Source: Candidatus Thorarchaeota archaeon
GTDB lineage: Archaea; Asgardarchaeota; Thorarchaeia; Thorarchaeales; Thorarchaeaceae
Reading direction: 5' to 3'
Length of the DNA: 64,000 nt
Assembly: GCA_003345555.1 (NCBI GenBank)
Contig: PRDJ01000036.1
Location: 19,809-83,808, forward strand
Both the position numbers and the translations under genes were made by a program. Numbering within the stretch: the stretch's first letter is position 1; every line of letters starts with the position of its first letter. Positions 20,801-30,058 of this stretch are shown in pieces. The notes below the pieces were generated by a model. That model was given only the letters and a program-made list of their open reading frames with translations. It made no database searches and was not told the origin of the DNA.

Positions 20801-21465
20801 CCGAATTCGCCAGCCTGTGCTCTCGCCAGCCATGAAGGAGACACAGGTTTGCCGTCTGTGTCAATGACCTGCATGCCGGTCCAAAAGACTTCGGGAACTG
20901 GCGCCTGAGCAAACGTTACTGCAAACACGACAGTATACAGCATGGAAGCATTCTCGAATATGGAGTTAGCCGCATCTAGAACCAAGAACCCGGATTCCGG
21001 CGGCTTCTCACTGCCTTCCTTATAGTGAAAGCTTACGCTATTCCAGGTCGCAGAGGTCGCATTGAACTGAAGACCGAACACTGCCTTATTGACAGCGAAA
21101 GTCTCACCCCAGAAACTGACGACATCTAGAATCGCCCCGAATGGAAGGAAGTTCTTCGGGATTGTTATGTTGATCAGCAGCCGATCGCCGGCATTGACCC
21201 TGTATTGTTTGTTGGCTATATTAGTCCCGTTGTAGTCCCAAGTGCTGTTAGCATAACCAATCCAGACGTACGGCTGAGGGCCGAAGACCCACAGCGATTC
21301 TTGATACTCATGCGATATGTCTTCTGTTTCGTTGCTGACTTTCCAACCGACATGTACGACTGGACTGCTGTCGCCCTGAGCACCGACGAAGGCTGTGGTA
21401 GCACCGATGGTGGCTGCTAGCATTGCTATCAGAATCAAACTCATCGCTCGTTTCATCTTGTTCAC
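17869..21465 (-). CDS. Giant secreted surface glycoprotein (1198 aa; candidate S-layer or cell-envelope protein) with a Thr-rich stalk and C-terminal TM anchor
   Basis: Signal peptide 'MKRAMSLILIAMLAATIGATTAFVGAQG'. Dozens of N-x-S/T sequons. C-terminus 'GSTTTTATTTVSETTTTSTTLPTT...VVVAGAIAAIVIVVVLLRKR'. Confidence 0.7.
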   Translation of the reverse strand: MNKMKRAMSLILIAMLAATIGATTAFVGAQGDSSPVVHVGWKVSNETEDISHEYQESLWVFGPQPYVWIGYANSTWDYNGTNIANKQYRVNAGDRLLINITIPKNFLPFGAILDVVSFWGETFAVNKAVFGLQFNATSATWNSVSFHYKEGSEKPPESGFLVLDAANSIFENASMLYTVVFAVTFAQAPVPEVFWTGMQVIDTDGKPVSPSWLARAQAGEFGSPPLCLGREVPVSEFAVPRYYYAEAVNDYGSIIHYVDYGTNFTLRMISSVPFGNVTIPFCSLSVAKEYMLNYNWSMPRDLYRYSTDPADWVNVTGMPLMLFFSHNATGTYALSGYLYDITWEWLSDFAVYSVKFDIKLNSTIDMSLFYHTLYAGESLGGSELTWRGHFETAVDMNMDEYDVSGTISPDPSFWRVRDFKGRILDPRQEITSKNTVRLAFRSAFIEAYVRDLTGRIVNRAMPGQMLNVTLDIHSPPGKVNGSYYLPVNKTNVPVDTPNGTTYIDIDGILINRLRQNVTVVLEGGGIESNETHVVRYSIVHYIVIDFMHGTILGVSAVFWHMSHRDTGAYIAEGNLTSYTMLATSVWHLSVGEGISNLWFTAMFTGEAPPIMITGALITSGIFETYSMNASVHNMNTYVLVPIGNESLRETYSDNVVWSPRRLLIGNAFAYEQQTWAVTENGAIDLDGNLFTTEDQYFVLRTGTWKDWGNITREGMEVGLVFDPSPGNLGDEFVSYTWMGVVKMMINFEASEAFIWQHANGTGVGLDEMNKIRETMWAVQGEVSAPGYEWVAWMSVNRSVDLSGIPALKSGSWSNTWFAWGTAQAFQVSTSAAVKQWAAFRAEYAGLLLFRDLPSNGTVGAPDFRIVDGQVVTDEVTHFVLIDSVGEVELRRPLGATSNNGSAIVLPSTVVEFGITIRDVNVTIYPLRVENSNGVRGAWQIRQSYEGVVGLNSTNFDYWITPAYVNEMSFNVSFHVDMVNYNPSDHLKWNHAVVFKIDQVIGNWTLYDFDNSVVVGRSLAVNFFGVLGTATRSQYSAGEKQITDTNGASINASYYEFRAANNPFANVTMGGLPYKWGGDGYVTTYTSASSTAPVGAFSAMYESAAGDTVTNWKVEASMLFMTAGYKNWGGYEVRCDPVFISYTTAHPVGSTTTTATTTVSETTTTSTTLPTTLNEFVFYVVVAGAIAAIVIVVVLLRKR

Positions 21466-21712
21466 TCACTTCGAGCCCTGAATGCAGCCGTCTCCCAATC
21501 ACTATCTGTGCGAGAATTGGCCTCGCACTTTTCCCACCCCGCTGCACAAAGCTTCCTGACCGGGTGACGAACGTACATCGGCTCACTTATTACGTAGGTC
21601 ATGGGCAGGGTGGCTTGCCCCTGACGAAAGAGAACCGATAAACTGCGGTGCCACATCTGGTTTGGATTCTTATAACCTTGTGTCGTTTCTTCGGACCGTT
21701 GAAGTATCAATT

Positions 21713-22744
21713 TCAGGGTTGCTTGGCACGAACAATGCCTGAGTCCGTTTGCAGGACAGCGAGACCTCGTCGTTCTAGGATCCTTAACAAGTCGTGACAT
21801 TCCGCAAGAGCCAGAATCATGTTTTGAGTATCGTATTGACCGTAGATGACTCTCGAAATCTCATAGACGCTCTTCGGACTCGACTCAAGCAGCTGCTCCG
21901 CCTCGTTAAGCTTCCTGTCATACTCTGCCGCTAGTTCGTTCAGACGATGAACGAGGTCTGTTATCTGTTCGCGGTGTCCGGGTAACACCAGAAAGCCCTT
22001 CAGAGATCTCATTCGTTCGAGTGACCTCATGTGTGTCACCATGGGTATCTCACTCGTAATATCGAAATCCAAGCTTGGATTTGAACTAATGCCGGGCAGG
22101 ACGTGGTCTCCGGAGAAAACAAGTCTGTCTTTTTCTGACACCATGCATATGCTTCCCTGAGAGTGCCCGGGAACCCAGAGGACTCGAAGGTTTCCAATCC
22201 CAGTATGGACAACATCGCCGTCCTGCAGACCTCGAGCACATGGTACTGAGTCGCCCAATCCTATGAAATACCTTGACAATATTCTCGCTGAAATCCCGGG
22301 CATCTCAGTTGATGGCACGCCCGAGTACTTCATGATCTTTACGTACGATTCCGTGCGTCGCTCGGTGAATCCAACGAAGTCCGAAACGCGAACGAGGTCC
22401 TCAGAATGAATCAGTACTGGCACTTCATTTTTGACAAGCCCTTCTGACACTCTCAGGATATGCGCCGCAAGCCCCATGTGGTCAACGTGACCATGAGTGA
22501 GGATAATCTGCCTAACGTCACTTAGCTTGTAGCCTGCTTGGCTGATGCCCTCTGCCAGTGTCTGTAGGGCCTGATCCGTCTTGGGACCGACATCGATGAG
22601 AGTCAGCGGATCTCCGTCAATCAAGTAGCAGTTGACATCTCCCACAGGAAAGGGCGTGGGAACATTCACCCTGTGAATCATGTCGCTTACTTTGCTCACC
22701 CGTGAAGTCCCTCGATTCGTCTTCGCTCGTTCAAAGCTCGTCAA
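21713..22744 (-). CDS. MBL-fold metallo-hydrolase
   Basis: 'ILTHGHVDHMGLAAHI' is the HxHxDH motif. Overlaps the upstream GDE gene by 14 nt, so an operon is likely. Confidence 0.7.
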   Translation of the reverse strand: MTSFERAKTNRGTSRVSKVSDMIHRVNVPTPFPVGDVNCYLIDGDPLTLIDVGPKTDQALQTLAEGISQAGYKLSDVRQIILTHGHVDHMGLAAHILRVSEGLVKNEVPVLIHSEDLVRVSDFVGFTERRTESYVKIMKYSGVPSTEMPGISARILSRYFIGLGDSVPCARGLQDGDVVHTGIGNLRVLWVPGHSQGSICMVSEKDRLVFSGDHVLPGISSNPSLDFDITSEIPMVTHMRSLERMRSLKGFLVLPGHREQITDLVHRLNELAAEYDRKLNEAEQLLESSPKSVYEISRVIYGQYDTQNMILALAECHDLLRILERRGLAVLQTDSGIVRAKQP

Positions 22745-24749
22745 AGTACACCCTGAGAAGCTCTGCTACGCTCCTAGCCCGAGAAGTGCAGCCCCTGTCG
22801 CGATAGGGCTTCGAGCCATCGTACATGTCGGAGATTGTTCCCAAGCACCCCGTCCGGACCGCATGGAGAACCGGTCTAAAGAACTCCTTCTCGGCGTGAG
22901 TGCGGTTCTCCGGGGTTCGACCATTCACGGCGAGGTATGCAGAGATGTAAGGTCCGATAAGCCATGGGTGTACTGCACCTTGGTGAACAGCACCAGCACG
23001 ACTACGGGGACCACCTGTCACGGCGCGCGCAAATCGTTGGTCTCTGGGACTCAGGGTCCTGAGACCGAAGGGAGTGAGGAGCTCATCAGTTACCATCTTC
23101 AAGACAGACTCTGCCTTGTCTCCCTCAAGTAGGGGATACCTAAGCGAAATAGCGAATATCTGGTTTGGTCTAATCGAAGAATCATTCGCTTCATCGGTCA
23201 CGAAATCGTATAGACATCTGAGATCCTCATTCCAGAATGTCTGAAGATACGCCTCCTTTATCCATGAAGCAACCGCCCTGTGCTCGTATGGGTCGAGCCC
23301 TTTCATCTCAGCCATGTCGCCCATGCTCATCAATGCGTTGTACCACAGGGCGTTGGTCTCGACGCACTTCCCGATGCGCGGTGTTGCGCACCAGTTCTCT
23401 ATCCGCTCATTCATCCATGAGACCTCAACGCCCTCAATTCCAGCGGCTATGAGCCCGTCGTGATCCTCGCGTACGTCAAACTTCGTCCCCATTCTATAGG
23501 CCGAGATCACAGATTCCATCGTATCCCAGATTATCCCACTCAGGAACTCAAGATCATTGGTAGCCTCCAAGTACCTTCTCACAGCCAGTATGAACCACAA
23601 TGATGCATCAACAGAGGAATAGGCGGGCTGGATTCCCCTCTCAGGGAAGTCGTTGGGTATGAGACCATAGCGAGAGTATCTTGCGTAAGTTGTGAGTATC
23701 TCTCGTGCGTCTTGGAATCTGCCAATCGAAACGGTGAGGCCAGGCAGAGAGATCATGGCATCGAGACCGATATCGACTAGGTTATGGTATCCCGCAATAA
23801 CAGACCTTGCCTTGGTGGATGCCCGGTCAACAATGAATGAGTCCGCGTTGAATACTAGCCATTCGATATCCTCATCACGTTCTTTTCCAGATAACGAATA
23901 TGCCCTATCATTGAGCACTTTCCGCCGCTTGAGTTCATCGAATCTTAGTCTGGCAAAATCCTTTGTTGTAGCGTTCTTCAAAGGCCCGAGTCCGGTCATG
24001 AGATCAGCTCTGGAGCTGCCTGCCGCAAATAGAAATGAAAGATAGTGAGACCCCGCTCTTAGAACTGTATGGAATACTCCTGCCTCAAAGAGTTCCTCCC
24101 CATACGGAATTCCTTCTGATTTGTCTTCTCGGTAGACTTGAGGACGCGTGGCCTTAATCTTAGAAGGCATGAATTCTGCTTCCGGAGAGAAAGCAAAAAC
24201 CCACGGACTGTTTTGTCTGTCGTCAAAGGCCAGATAGGCATGTTCACTCATGGGCTCAATCTCAGGCGTGAACGGCAGATGAGCAGGTCTCTCATTGATG
24301 TACCTGTTTGTATGGAGTGGCGCGACGGTGAAGACAGTTTCTTCGTTTGTCTTCACCTCGTAGTTGACTATGGTTATGTTCCTCCTGTATGCCATGAACA
24401 CAGTCTTGTCAATTGTAACCGAGTCAGTGGCAAATGACATCTGAGGTAACGGGTTAAGCTCGAAGCGTTTCATGAACCTATACCCGCGAAGCGACATGCC
24501 CTCTTCGTTTTCCTCGGTCCCAAGATTCCATTCACCTTGAGAGGTCCCGATTGCTTCGTAGACTCTGGCAACAGTAAGCCATCTTTCAACGGGTGGGTTG
24601 AGAGAAGAAACTAGGAGCCCATGGTACCCCCTTGTATTGAGGCCGACCACTGTGGACGATGAATAGCCGCCGAGGCCGTTTGTGTACAAGTACTCAAACG
24701 TGACTGCTCTGTTGAGTCTTAGGTCGTCTTCCTCCAGAGCTATCGTCAC
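22731..24749 (-). CDS. Glycogen debranching enzyme, archaeal-type (GDE N-domain plus amylo-alpha-1,6-glucosidase GDE_C), 672 aa
   Basis: N-terminus 'FEYLYTNGLGGYSSSTVVGLNTRGYHGLL', with (alpha/alpha)6-barrel-like C-terminal region. Confidence 0.65.
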   Translation of the reverse strand: MTIALEEDDLRLNRAVTFEYLYTNGLGGYSSSTVVGLNTRGYHGLLVSSLNPPVERWLTVARVYEAIGTSQGEWNLGTEENEEGMSLRGYRFMKRFELNPLPQMSFATDSVTIDKTVFMAYRRNITIVNYEVKTNEETVFTVAPLHTNRYINERPAHLPFTPEIEPMSEHAYLAFDDRQNSPWVFAFSPEAEFMPSKIKATRPQVYREDKSEGIPYGEELFEAGVFHTVLRAGSHYLSFLFAAGSSRADLMTGLGPLKNATTKDFARLRFDELKRRKVLNDRAYSLSGKERDEDIEWLVFNADSFIVDRASTKARSVIAGYHNLVDIGLDAMISLPGLTVSIGRFQDAREILTTYARYSRYGLIPNDFPERGIQPAYSSVDASLWFILAVRRYLEATNDLEFLSGIIWDTMESVISAYRMGTKFDVREDHDGLIAAGIEGVEVSWMNERIENWCATPRIGKCVETNALWYNALMSMGDMAEMKGLDPYEHRAVASWIKEAYLQTFWNEDLRCLYDFVTDEANDSSIRPNQIFAISLRYPLLEGDKAESVLKMVTDELLTPFGLRTLSPRDQRFARAVTGGPRSRAGAVHQGAVHPWLIGPYISAYLAVNGRTPENRTHAEKEFFRPVLHAVRTGCLGTISDMYDGSKPYRDRGCTSRARSVAELLRVYFDEL

Positions 24750-24887
24750 AATATCGTTCTCCTAATCTATCCCGTGAGTGATGGCGAGCCAAATGGCGCA
24801 CTTTAACCATTCTGTGGCAAGACGAGCGTCATAAACAACGTCTTAAGCTGATGGATTCGGCGATGGTCGGCTCAGAGATGAATTGCA

Positions 24888-26201
24888 GTGCCGGATCATA
24901 TGCCAAGCATTCCACCGCCCGCATCCAACTCAAGGGAGGGTTTTGCATTGTCTTCGGGCAAATCATTCCTTGGCCTTAGCAGAAGACTCTGGCGCTTGGC
25001 GATCGTTACCGGTATCGCTCAATTTGCTATCAGTCTGTGGAGTTGGCAGTTTGCCATTTTTCTTAGGAATTCGCTGCTCTTGGAACCTTGGCAGATGGGG
25101 CTCATATACTCTCTTGGAACTGTCGCGGCCCTAATTGGGTATCCGGCATCAGGGTTCATCGCAGATGTGATTGGCAGAAGGTTCACAATGGCTTTCTCAT
25201 TGGTACCGATGTTCGTCGGTCTGACACTGCTTTCCCAGATACCCACATGGCCGCTCATTGCTTTCTCATACGCCTTGACTCTTTTTGGATGGAGCTTCAT
25301 TCTGATCATTTCCAGAGCTATGCCCGCTGACGAAATAGCTGCAGCAGGTCAGTCCGATGCTCCGCGCAAGTTCATGATGGTCGTGATGCCAGCATACTTT
25401 GTTGATGGAATCTGCCCAATCATAGCGGCAACGCTGCTAAAGCAAGGGTACAATGCACAGTTTCTTTTCTTCCTTGGTTCAGTGGCGGCGATTATCGCTC
25501 TCGGGGCTACGCTGCTCGCCGTGCGGGAGACTCTCAGTTCGCAGAATCAAAGCAAAGCAAGGGCCAAAGTCCTCGCTTCTCCGAGAAGCCTTGGAGCTCA
25601 ATTCTGGAAATTCGCAGTCGGGATGCTAGCCTACTATGCAGTTTGGGGATTGGCGATATCATACTTGGGACCTCTCTGTGTTGATGAGTGGGGAGTAGAT
25701 GAGGTCACCTTCGGGTACACTTGGAGTGTCTGCTCGCTGTCGACAGCTGTAGCATCATATACCATCAGCGGCCTGACCGCGCGCAGTACGAGGCTCTGCC
25801 TTGTGCTCGCGCTCATCGGGAATTCGCTTATCGTGGGAGCCTTCAGCATCGGTTCAGGGATTATGATGATGGTATTGCTGAACGCACTCTGGGCGGTGCC
25901 GGTCGTCATGTGGATTGGTGCAGAAAGGACGCTCGTTGTCAGGGGCGTACGTCCAGAAATGAAAGGAAGAGCACTTGGTACATGGCAGCTAATGATGAGT
26001 TCGACTACCGTATTCGCGGCTCCCGCCGGAGCAATGATTTGGACGATCACAGGAACTATTCGATCTCTTTGGACAATCGCATCTGTTCTGGGATTTGTCT
26101 CAATCTTGTTTACAGCGATATCGTTGAGGTGGATGGGCGCCGGGGTAAAGGAAAGTAACGGTAATTCCGACGCTCCAACCGATGGCACGAGCGGCGAGTG
26201 A
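24888..26201 (+). CDS. MFS transporter
   Basis: 'GYPASGFIADVIGRRFTMAF' MFS signature and about 12 TM helices. Confidence 0.7.
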   Translation: MPDHMPSIPPPASNSREGFALSSGKSFLGLSRRLWRLAIVTGIAQFAISLWSWQFAIFLRNSLLLEPWQMGLIYSLGTVAALIGYPASGFIADVIGRRFTMAFSLVPMFVGLTLLSQIPTWPLIAFSYALTLFGWSFILIISRAMPADEIAAAGQSDAPRKFMMVVMPAYFVDGICPIIAATLLKQGYNAQFLFFLGSVAAIIALGATLLAVRETLSSQNQSKARAKVLASPRSLGAQFWKFAVGMLAYYAVWGLAISYLGPLCVDEWGVDEVTFGYTWSVCSLSTAVASYTISGLTARSTRLCLVLALIGNSLIVGAFSIGSGIMMMVLLNALWAVPVVMWIGAERTLVVRGVRPEMKGRALGTWQLMMSSTTVFAAPAGAMIWTITGTIRSLWTIASVLGFVSILFTAISLRWMGAGVKESNGNSDAPTDGTSGE

Positions 26202-28177
26202 GTTACTTATTAAGTGGAAGACCTACACTGAGAGTATGCCATAGGTGGCGGCGAGAAGTAGTGACAGAAAAGGGGTCCCCCATTAGCCGCAGGATAAGAC
26301 ACACAGGTGACCTGCTTCTTGGGGGAGCTCAGAAACAGGTAAGCGACTACAAGCAAAGGTTTGATTCTCTCCAGGGCTCTTACGATGCGTTTCTTTCACA
26401 CATGATTGAGTCCTACCCTGCAGATGCGGTCAGTGTCGCATTTGTTGACGAGTTCTTTGGCAAAAGAGAGCTTACGTTTGCAGGTGTAGACGGTACCGTC
26501 TGCAAGTACCCCGTCTTCGATCTCATCGTGTTCTTCGCTGGAGCCTATTCAGCTCACGGCACTGCTCATGTCAATCCTTCGGGAGCCATGAACATTGAAT
26601 GCGATGACTCTTGTCTGGAGACCGGACTCGGGGTGTCCAGTGTTCTGCCCGTGTACATTAACGATGTATTGAGTATTGACCGAACACTACTCGTTACAGA
26701 TGAAGATGGGTCAGTGGATGATTCTATTACGCTAAGTGATTCCTGGGTAATAGACAATTCTGCCTTCGCGGACTACATGATGAGCCTTGCAGAATTCTAT
26801 CTGGGCTACAAGCTCGTCGCGTCAGAGAAGCCCGTCGATATACTATTCCTGGACAGGATATGCTCGTCAGAGCTGTCATCGTTCTACTTCGAGACATCGG
26901 ATTCCAGAAACGATCTTGAAACACAATGCGGTCTCATTGGTGCGAAGGTTGACGGCAGACCATACACGCCCACGGACTGGGTCTACGCACGCCAAGTATT
27001 CGGCAATGCCTCGCTAGGAACACCCCCTGCGAGAGGGGAGTACTTGTTACCCAGAGTGGTCACCGAACTGCTGTCGGAGAAGGGATCAGGTCTCACACGA
27101 GACCAACTCACTGACCGCTTGGGGCTCACAACTGAATCGTCTAAGGCTCGTCTGGACCATGCCTTAGAGACCGGCATCGGAGGAAAGAGGTCGGCCCAGG
27201 GAATCCTAGTTAGAGAACATGACCATTTCGTCTTGAAACCGGGTGTGAGAGACCTAGGGAAACGCACTGAGCGTCTCGTGAATGACGTATGTGAAAGAAT
27301 GTTTAGTGAGGATTCATCAGTTACGTTTGAAGACCGTTTCAAGATCGGCAGCAAGTGGTTGACTACAACAGACCTCGCATTTCTAGGGCTGTGTTGTCTT
27401 CATCTGATTTCCGAGAAGTGCTGGAAGAACAGGTCCCTCCTGATAGGAGTAGCCAAGGACTCCTCGGCAAGAGACTTGAAGCGGCAACTCCTTCCCGTCC
27501 TGAACTATACGGGGCATTTCAAGGGCAACTTCGCCAACAGTGAGAACATCCCCGACACTGATAGGATGATTCTGCAGTGGGTCTCTCTTCAAGAACGCGA
27601 GAAGCTGAAGGTCCCTTGGGCGACATGCGAATATGATACCGCCTTCAAGACCACAGTCCCGCACTTTGGCGGAGCAAAGGGGTTGGTCTCCGGAGCCCGA
27701 CGCAATCAGATATCTCTCAACAAGACCTTTGCCAAAGCGTATTTCCAGCTATCGGAGGCAAAGTCTGATCCGAAGCTTCGAAGCAACGTGCTTCTCTACG
27801 ACAGGCTCGTCTACCCGGACTTTGATACGAACGAAGATCAGGTTCTCACTCTACTGCACGACTATATGGACAAGCCAGACGAACCTGAGCCCGTTGATGT
27901 TGTTCTCTATCTGGGGAAGGAGAACGCAGTTCAGTCATTCATCATCGCCTTATTCACAAAGATGACCGGCACGAGCATCCCCGAGCTCTTTGGTCACCTG
28001 AGACCGCTGTACATAGCCGACAAGATTGCGAAGTTTCATTACACACAGTTCTCGTCTATGGTAGAAAGCACAGGGTCTTGGTTAACGAACAGGCCTCAGC
28101 TGAGGGAATTCCTGTTCTATCTCAGCACCTTCAGAGAAAGGAGGTCGGAAGTTGAGCAAACAAGAAAGTATGGATGA
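26198..28177 (+). CDS. nurA: NurA-like nuclease, large form (659 aa) with an extra C-terminal region of about 250 aa
   Basis: 'TFAGVDGTVCKY' resembles NurA motif I (xxDGS/T catalytic Asp). GTG start overlaps the MFS stop (GTGA). An alternative ATG lies at about 26408. The 3' end overlaps herA by 26 nt. Confidence 0.5.
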   Translation: MSYLLSGRPTLRVCHRWRREVVTEKGSPISRRIRHTGDLLLGGAQKQVSDYKQRFDSLQGSYDAFLSHMIESYPADAVSVAFVDEFFGKRELTFAGVDGTVCKYPVFDLIVFFAGAYSAHGTAHVNPSGAMNIECDDSCLETGLGVSSVLPVYINDVLSIDRTLLVTDEDGSVDDSITLSDSWVIDNSAFADYMMSLAEFYLGYKLVASEKPVDILFLDRICSSELSSFYFETSDSRNDLETQCGLIGAKVDGRPYTPTDWVYARQVFGNASLGTPPARGEYLLPRVVTELLSEKGSGLTRDQLTDRLGLTTESSKARLDHALETGIGGKRSAQGILVREHDHFVLKPGVRDLGKRTERLVNDVCERMFSEDSSVTFEDRFKIGSKWLTTTDLAFLGLCCLHLISEKCWKNRSLLIGVAKDSSARDLKRQLLPVLNYTGHFKGNFANSENIPDTDRMILQWVSLQEREKLKVPWATCEYDTAFKTTVPHFGGAKGLVSGARRNQISLNKTFAKAYFQLSEAKSDPKLRSNVLLYDRLVYPDFDTNEDQVLTLLHDYMDKPDEPEPVDVVLYLGKENAVQSFIIALFTKMTGTSIPELFGHLRPLYIADKIAKFHYTQFSSMVESTGSWLTNRPQLREFLFYLSTFRERRSEVEQTRKYG

Positions 28178-30017
28178 ACTCTTCACGGACTTCGATGGAA
28201 CCTTCGACGGAGTTCTGGCCCGAGTAATTCCTGTCGCGGCCAACTACACTTCGGAATGGGCGGGCTCAGCGGCACGGTATGACTGTAGGGTGAAGGTTCG
28301 TTACAACAAGGAACTCATGGCGCAGCTCGAGGAAGGAATGATGCTCGCTGTCAAGAACTTCCGAGGCCAGTCAAAACTGTCGCTCCAGAAGGATCTCGAG
28401 AGATATACAGTCATGGTCGTCGCAAAGATATGGCCGCTTCATTATGGATTGGGGGGTGTTAGCGACAGTCACTACTTCCCACTTCAGATGGAAGTGATTG
28501 AACAGGCTCTTCCAGACTGGGATACTGATGACCAAGCCACAATGATGATTCACCTCGATGCAATACCCATCAACTACGATATGATCGTCGATTCATCAGA
28601 CAAGATTGAATTCAAGAAGGGATTCTCATACCCACTGGTTGGGGGCAAGGTTCACGTAATCAATATGGAAACCGTAGACCTGATCTACAACGGAAAGGTG
28701 AAGGATGCACTTGGGTTCAGGAAGAAAGCTAGCACAGCCGATCCCAGGAAGGACCCGAGGATTGGTCTCCTAAGGATGTTCATGGAATCGGGAAAGGAGA
28801 TACCCATCTATGTAGACCTGACGAAACTGGTTCGATACCACTTTGGCGTTTTCTCGTTCACTGGAGGAGGAAAGAGCAACCTATTGGCGAACCTTTTCCG
28901 CAGGATACTCTATCATCAGAAGGACACGAAGCTGGTCATATTCGATGTCAGCTGCGAGTATCCATTTCTCCTCTGTGATGTTTTCGCGGACCCCAGTATT
29001 CCTTCCAGAATCATATTGGAAGACGAAGCAACGACGGCCGATGATTTCGCCCGAACAATAGTGAAGCCTCGCGATTTCGAGGAAGACCCGAAAGCGAATG
29101 ATGCACTGAAGGCGATATTCGATAAAGGACGCGTCTCGTTCTACAATCTCCCTCTTGCCCAAGTGCCAACTTACGCAGACATCATGGATGAGATACAGGA
29201 CCTCAGGTCAGATAGTGCTGGTAAGCCAACCTACGTCCAAGCTATCGACCAAGTTGCAGCCATGGTACAAGGCTGGATGGAGTCGTGGAGCAAGAAGGAT
29301 GGAGACGAAGTTGACGAGAAGTTCATAGACGCGTATCAAGAAGCGGCAGAGGCTGCAATCACGGAGTTCTCAGTTAGTGAGAAGGCAAACCTTCATGCGT
29401 GGTCAAAAACCAGAGGTAAGCTGAAAGATGCCCTTCGCCGCGCCCGTGATGCACCCAAGAAAGGTATGACCGCTAAAGAAATCACTAACCTCATTCGTGG
29501 GAAAGAGAGAGTGGTCTGTCTGTCTATTGCCGACCCAGATACACTCAGAGACTTGGTCATCCGATTGACTGGGTCAGCTCTGAGGTATAGAAAGCGCAGC
29601 TTCGAGATAAAGCCCCAGATTCTATTCGTCTTTGACGAAGCCCAGGAGTTCATCCCTTCAAACGCAACAGGGCTGACAATCAATTGCAGTCGAGCGGTTG
29701 AGACATTGCTACGGCAGGGGCGCAAGTATGGTCTGGGTGGAGCCATCGCGACGCAAAGGATAGCCTATGTAAACACAAACATAATGCAGCAGCTTCATAC
29801 ATTCTTTGTCGGAACGCTGCCGAGACCTTATGACCGCACGGTCGTTAGCAGCTCGTTCCAGATAGACTTGAGTATCTTGGATAAAACTCTCGAGTTCCCA
29901 CCGGGCTCATGGCTGCTCTCGAGCTACATAGCCACTGGATTGGATAGTGTTCCAATCTTCGTAAGAGCGGACAACTCTGAAGATGTACTGAGGGAGCACA
30001 TTCAATCGCTCAAATGA
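28152..30017 (+). CDS. herA: HerA-like (DUF87/FtsK-HerA superfamily) ATPase, 621 aa
   Basis: Walker A 'HFGVFSFTGGGKSNLLANL'. Walker B 'ILFVFDEAQEFIP'. 'IATQRIAYV' (TQR motif). N-terminal beta-barrel-like region. Confidence 0.75.
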   Translation: MSKQESMDELFTDFDGTFDGVLARVIPVAANYTSEWAGSAARYDCRVKVRYNKELMAQLEEGMMLAVKNFRGQSKLSLQKDLERYTVMVVAKIWPLHYGLGGVSDSHYFPLQMEVIEQALPDWDTDDQATMMIHLDAIPINYDMIVDSSDKIEFKKGFSYPLVGGKVHVINMETVDLIYNGKVKDALGFRKKASTADPRKDPRIGLLRMFMESGKEIPIYVDLTKLVRYHFGVFSFTGGGKSNLLANLFRRILYHQKDTKLVIFDVSCEYPFLLCDVFADPSIPSRIILEDEATTADDFARTIVKPRDFEEDPKANDALKAIFDKGRVSFYNLPLAQVPTYADIMDEIQDLRSDSAGKPTYVQAIDQVAAMVQGWMESWSKKDGDEVDEKFIDAYQEAAEAAITEFSVSEKANLHAWSKTRGKLKDALRRARDAPKKGMTAKEITNLIRGKERVVCLSIADPDTLRDLVIRLTGSALRYRKRSFEIKPQILFVFDEAQEFIPSNATGLTINCSRAVETLLRQGRKYGLGGAIATQRIAYVNTNIMQQLHTFFVGTLPRPYDRTVVSSSFQIDLSILDKTLEFPPGSWLLSSYIATGLDSVPIFVRADNSEDVLREHIQSLK

Positions 30018-30058
30018 TGCTGGCAAGCGACCCGTGGCCTATATACTCAAGACTGGCA

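Noticed and set aside
18222-20912. Plus- and minus-strand ORFs of 60-160 aa inside the 1198-aa surface-protein gene
   Set aside because: Shadow ORFs. The long minus-strand frame carries the protein-like features.
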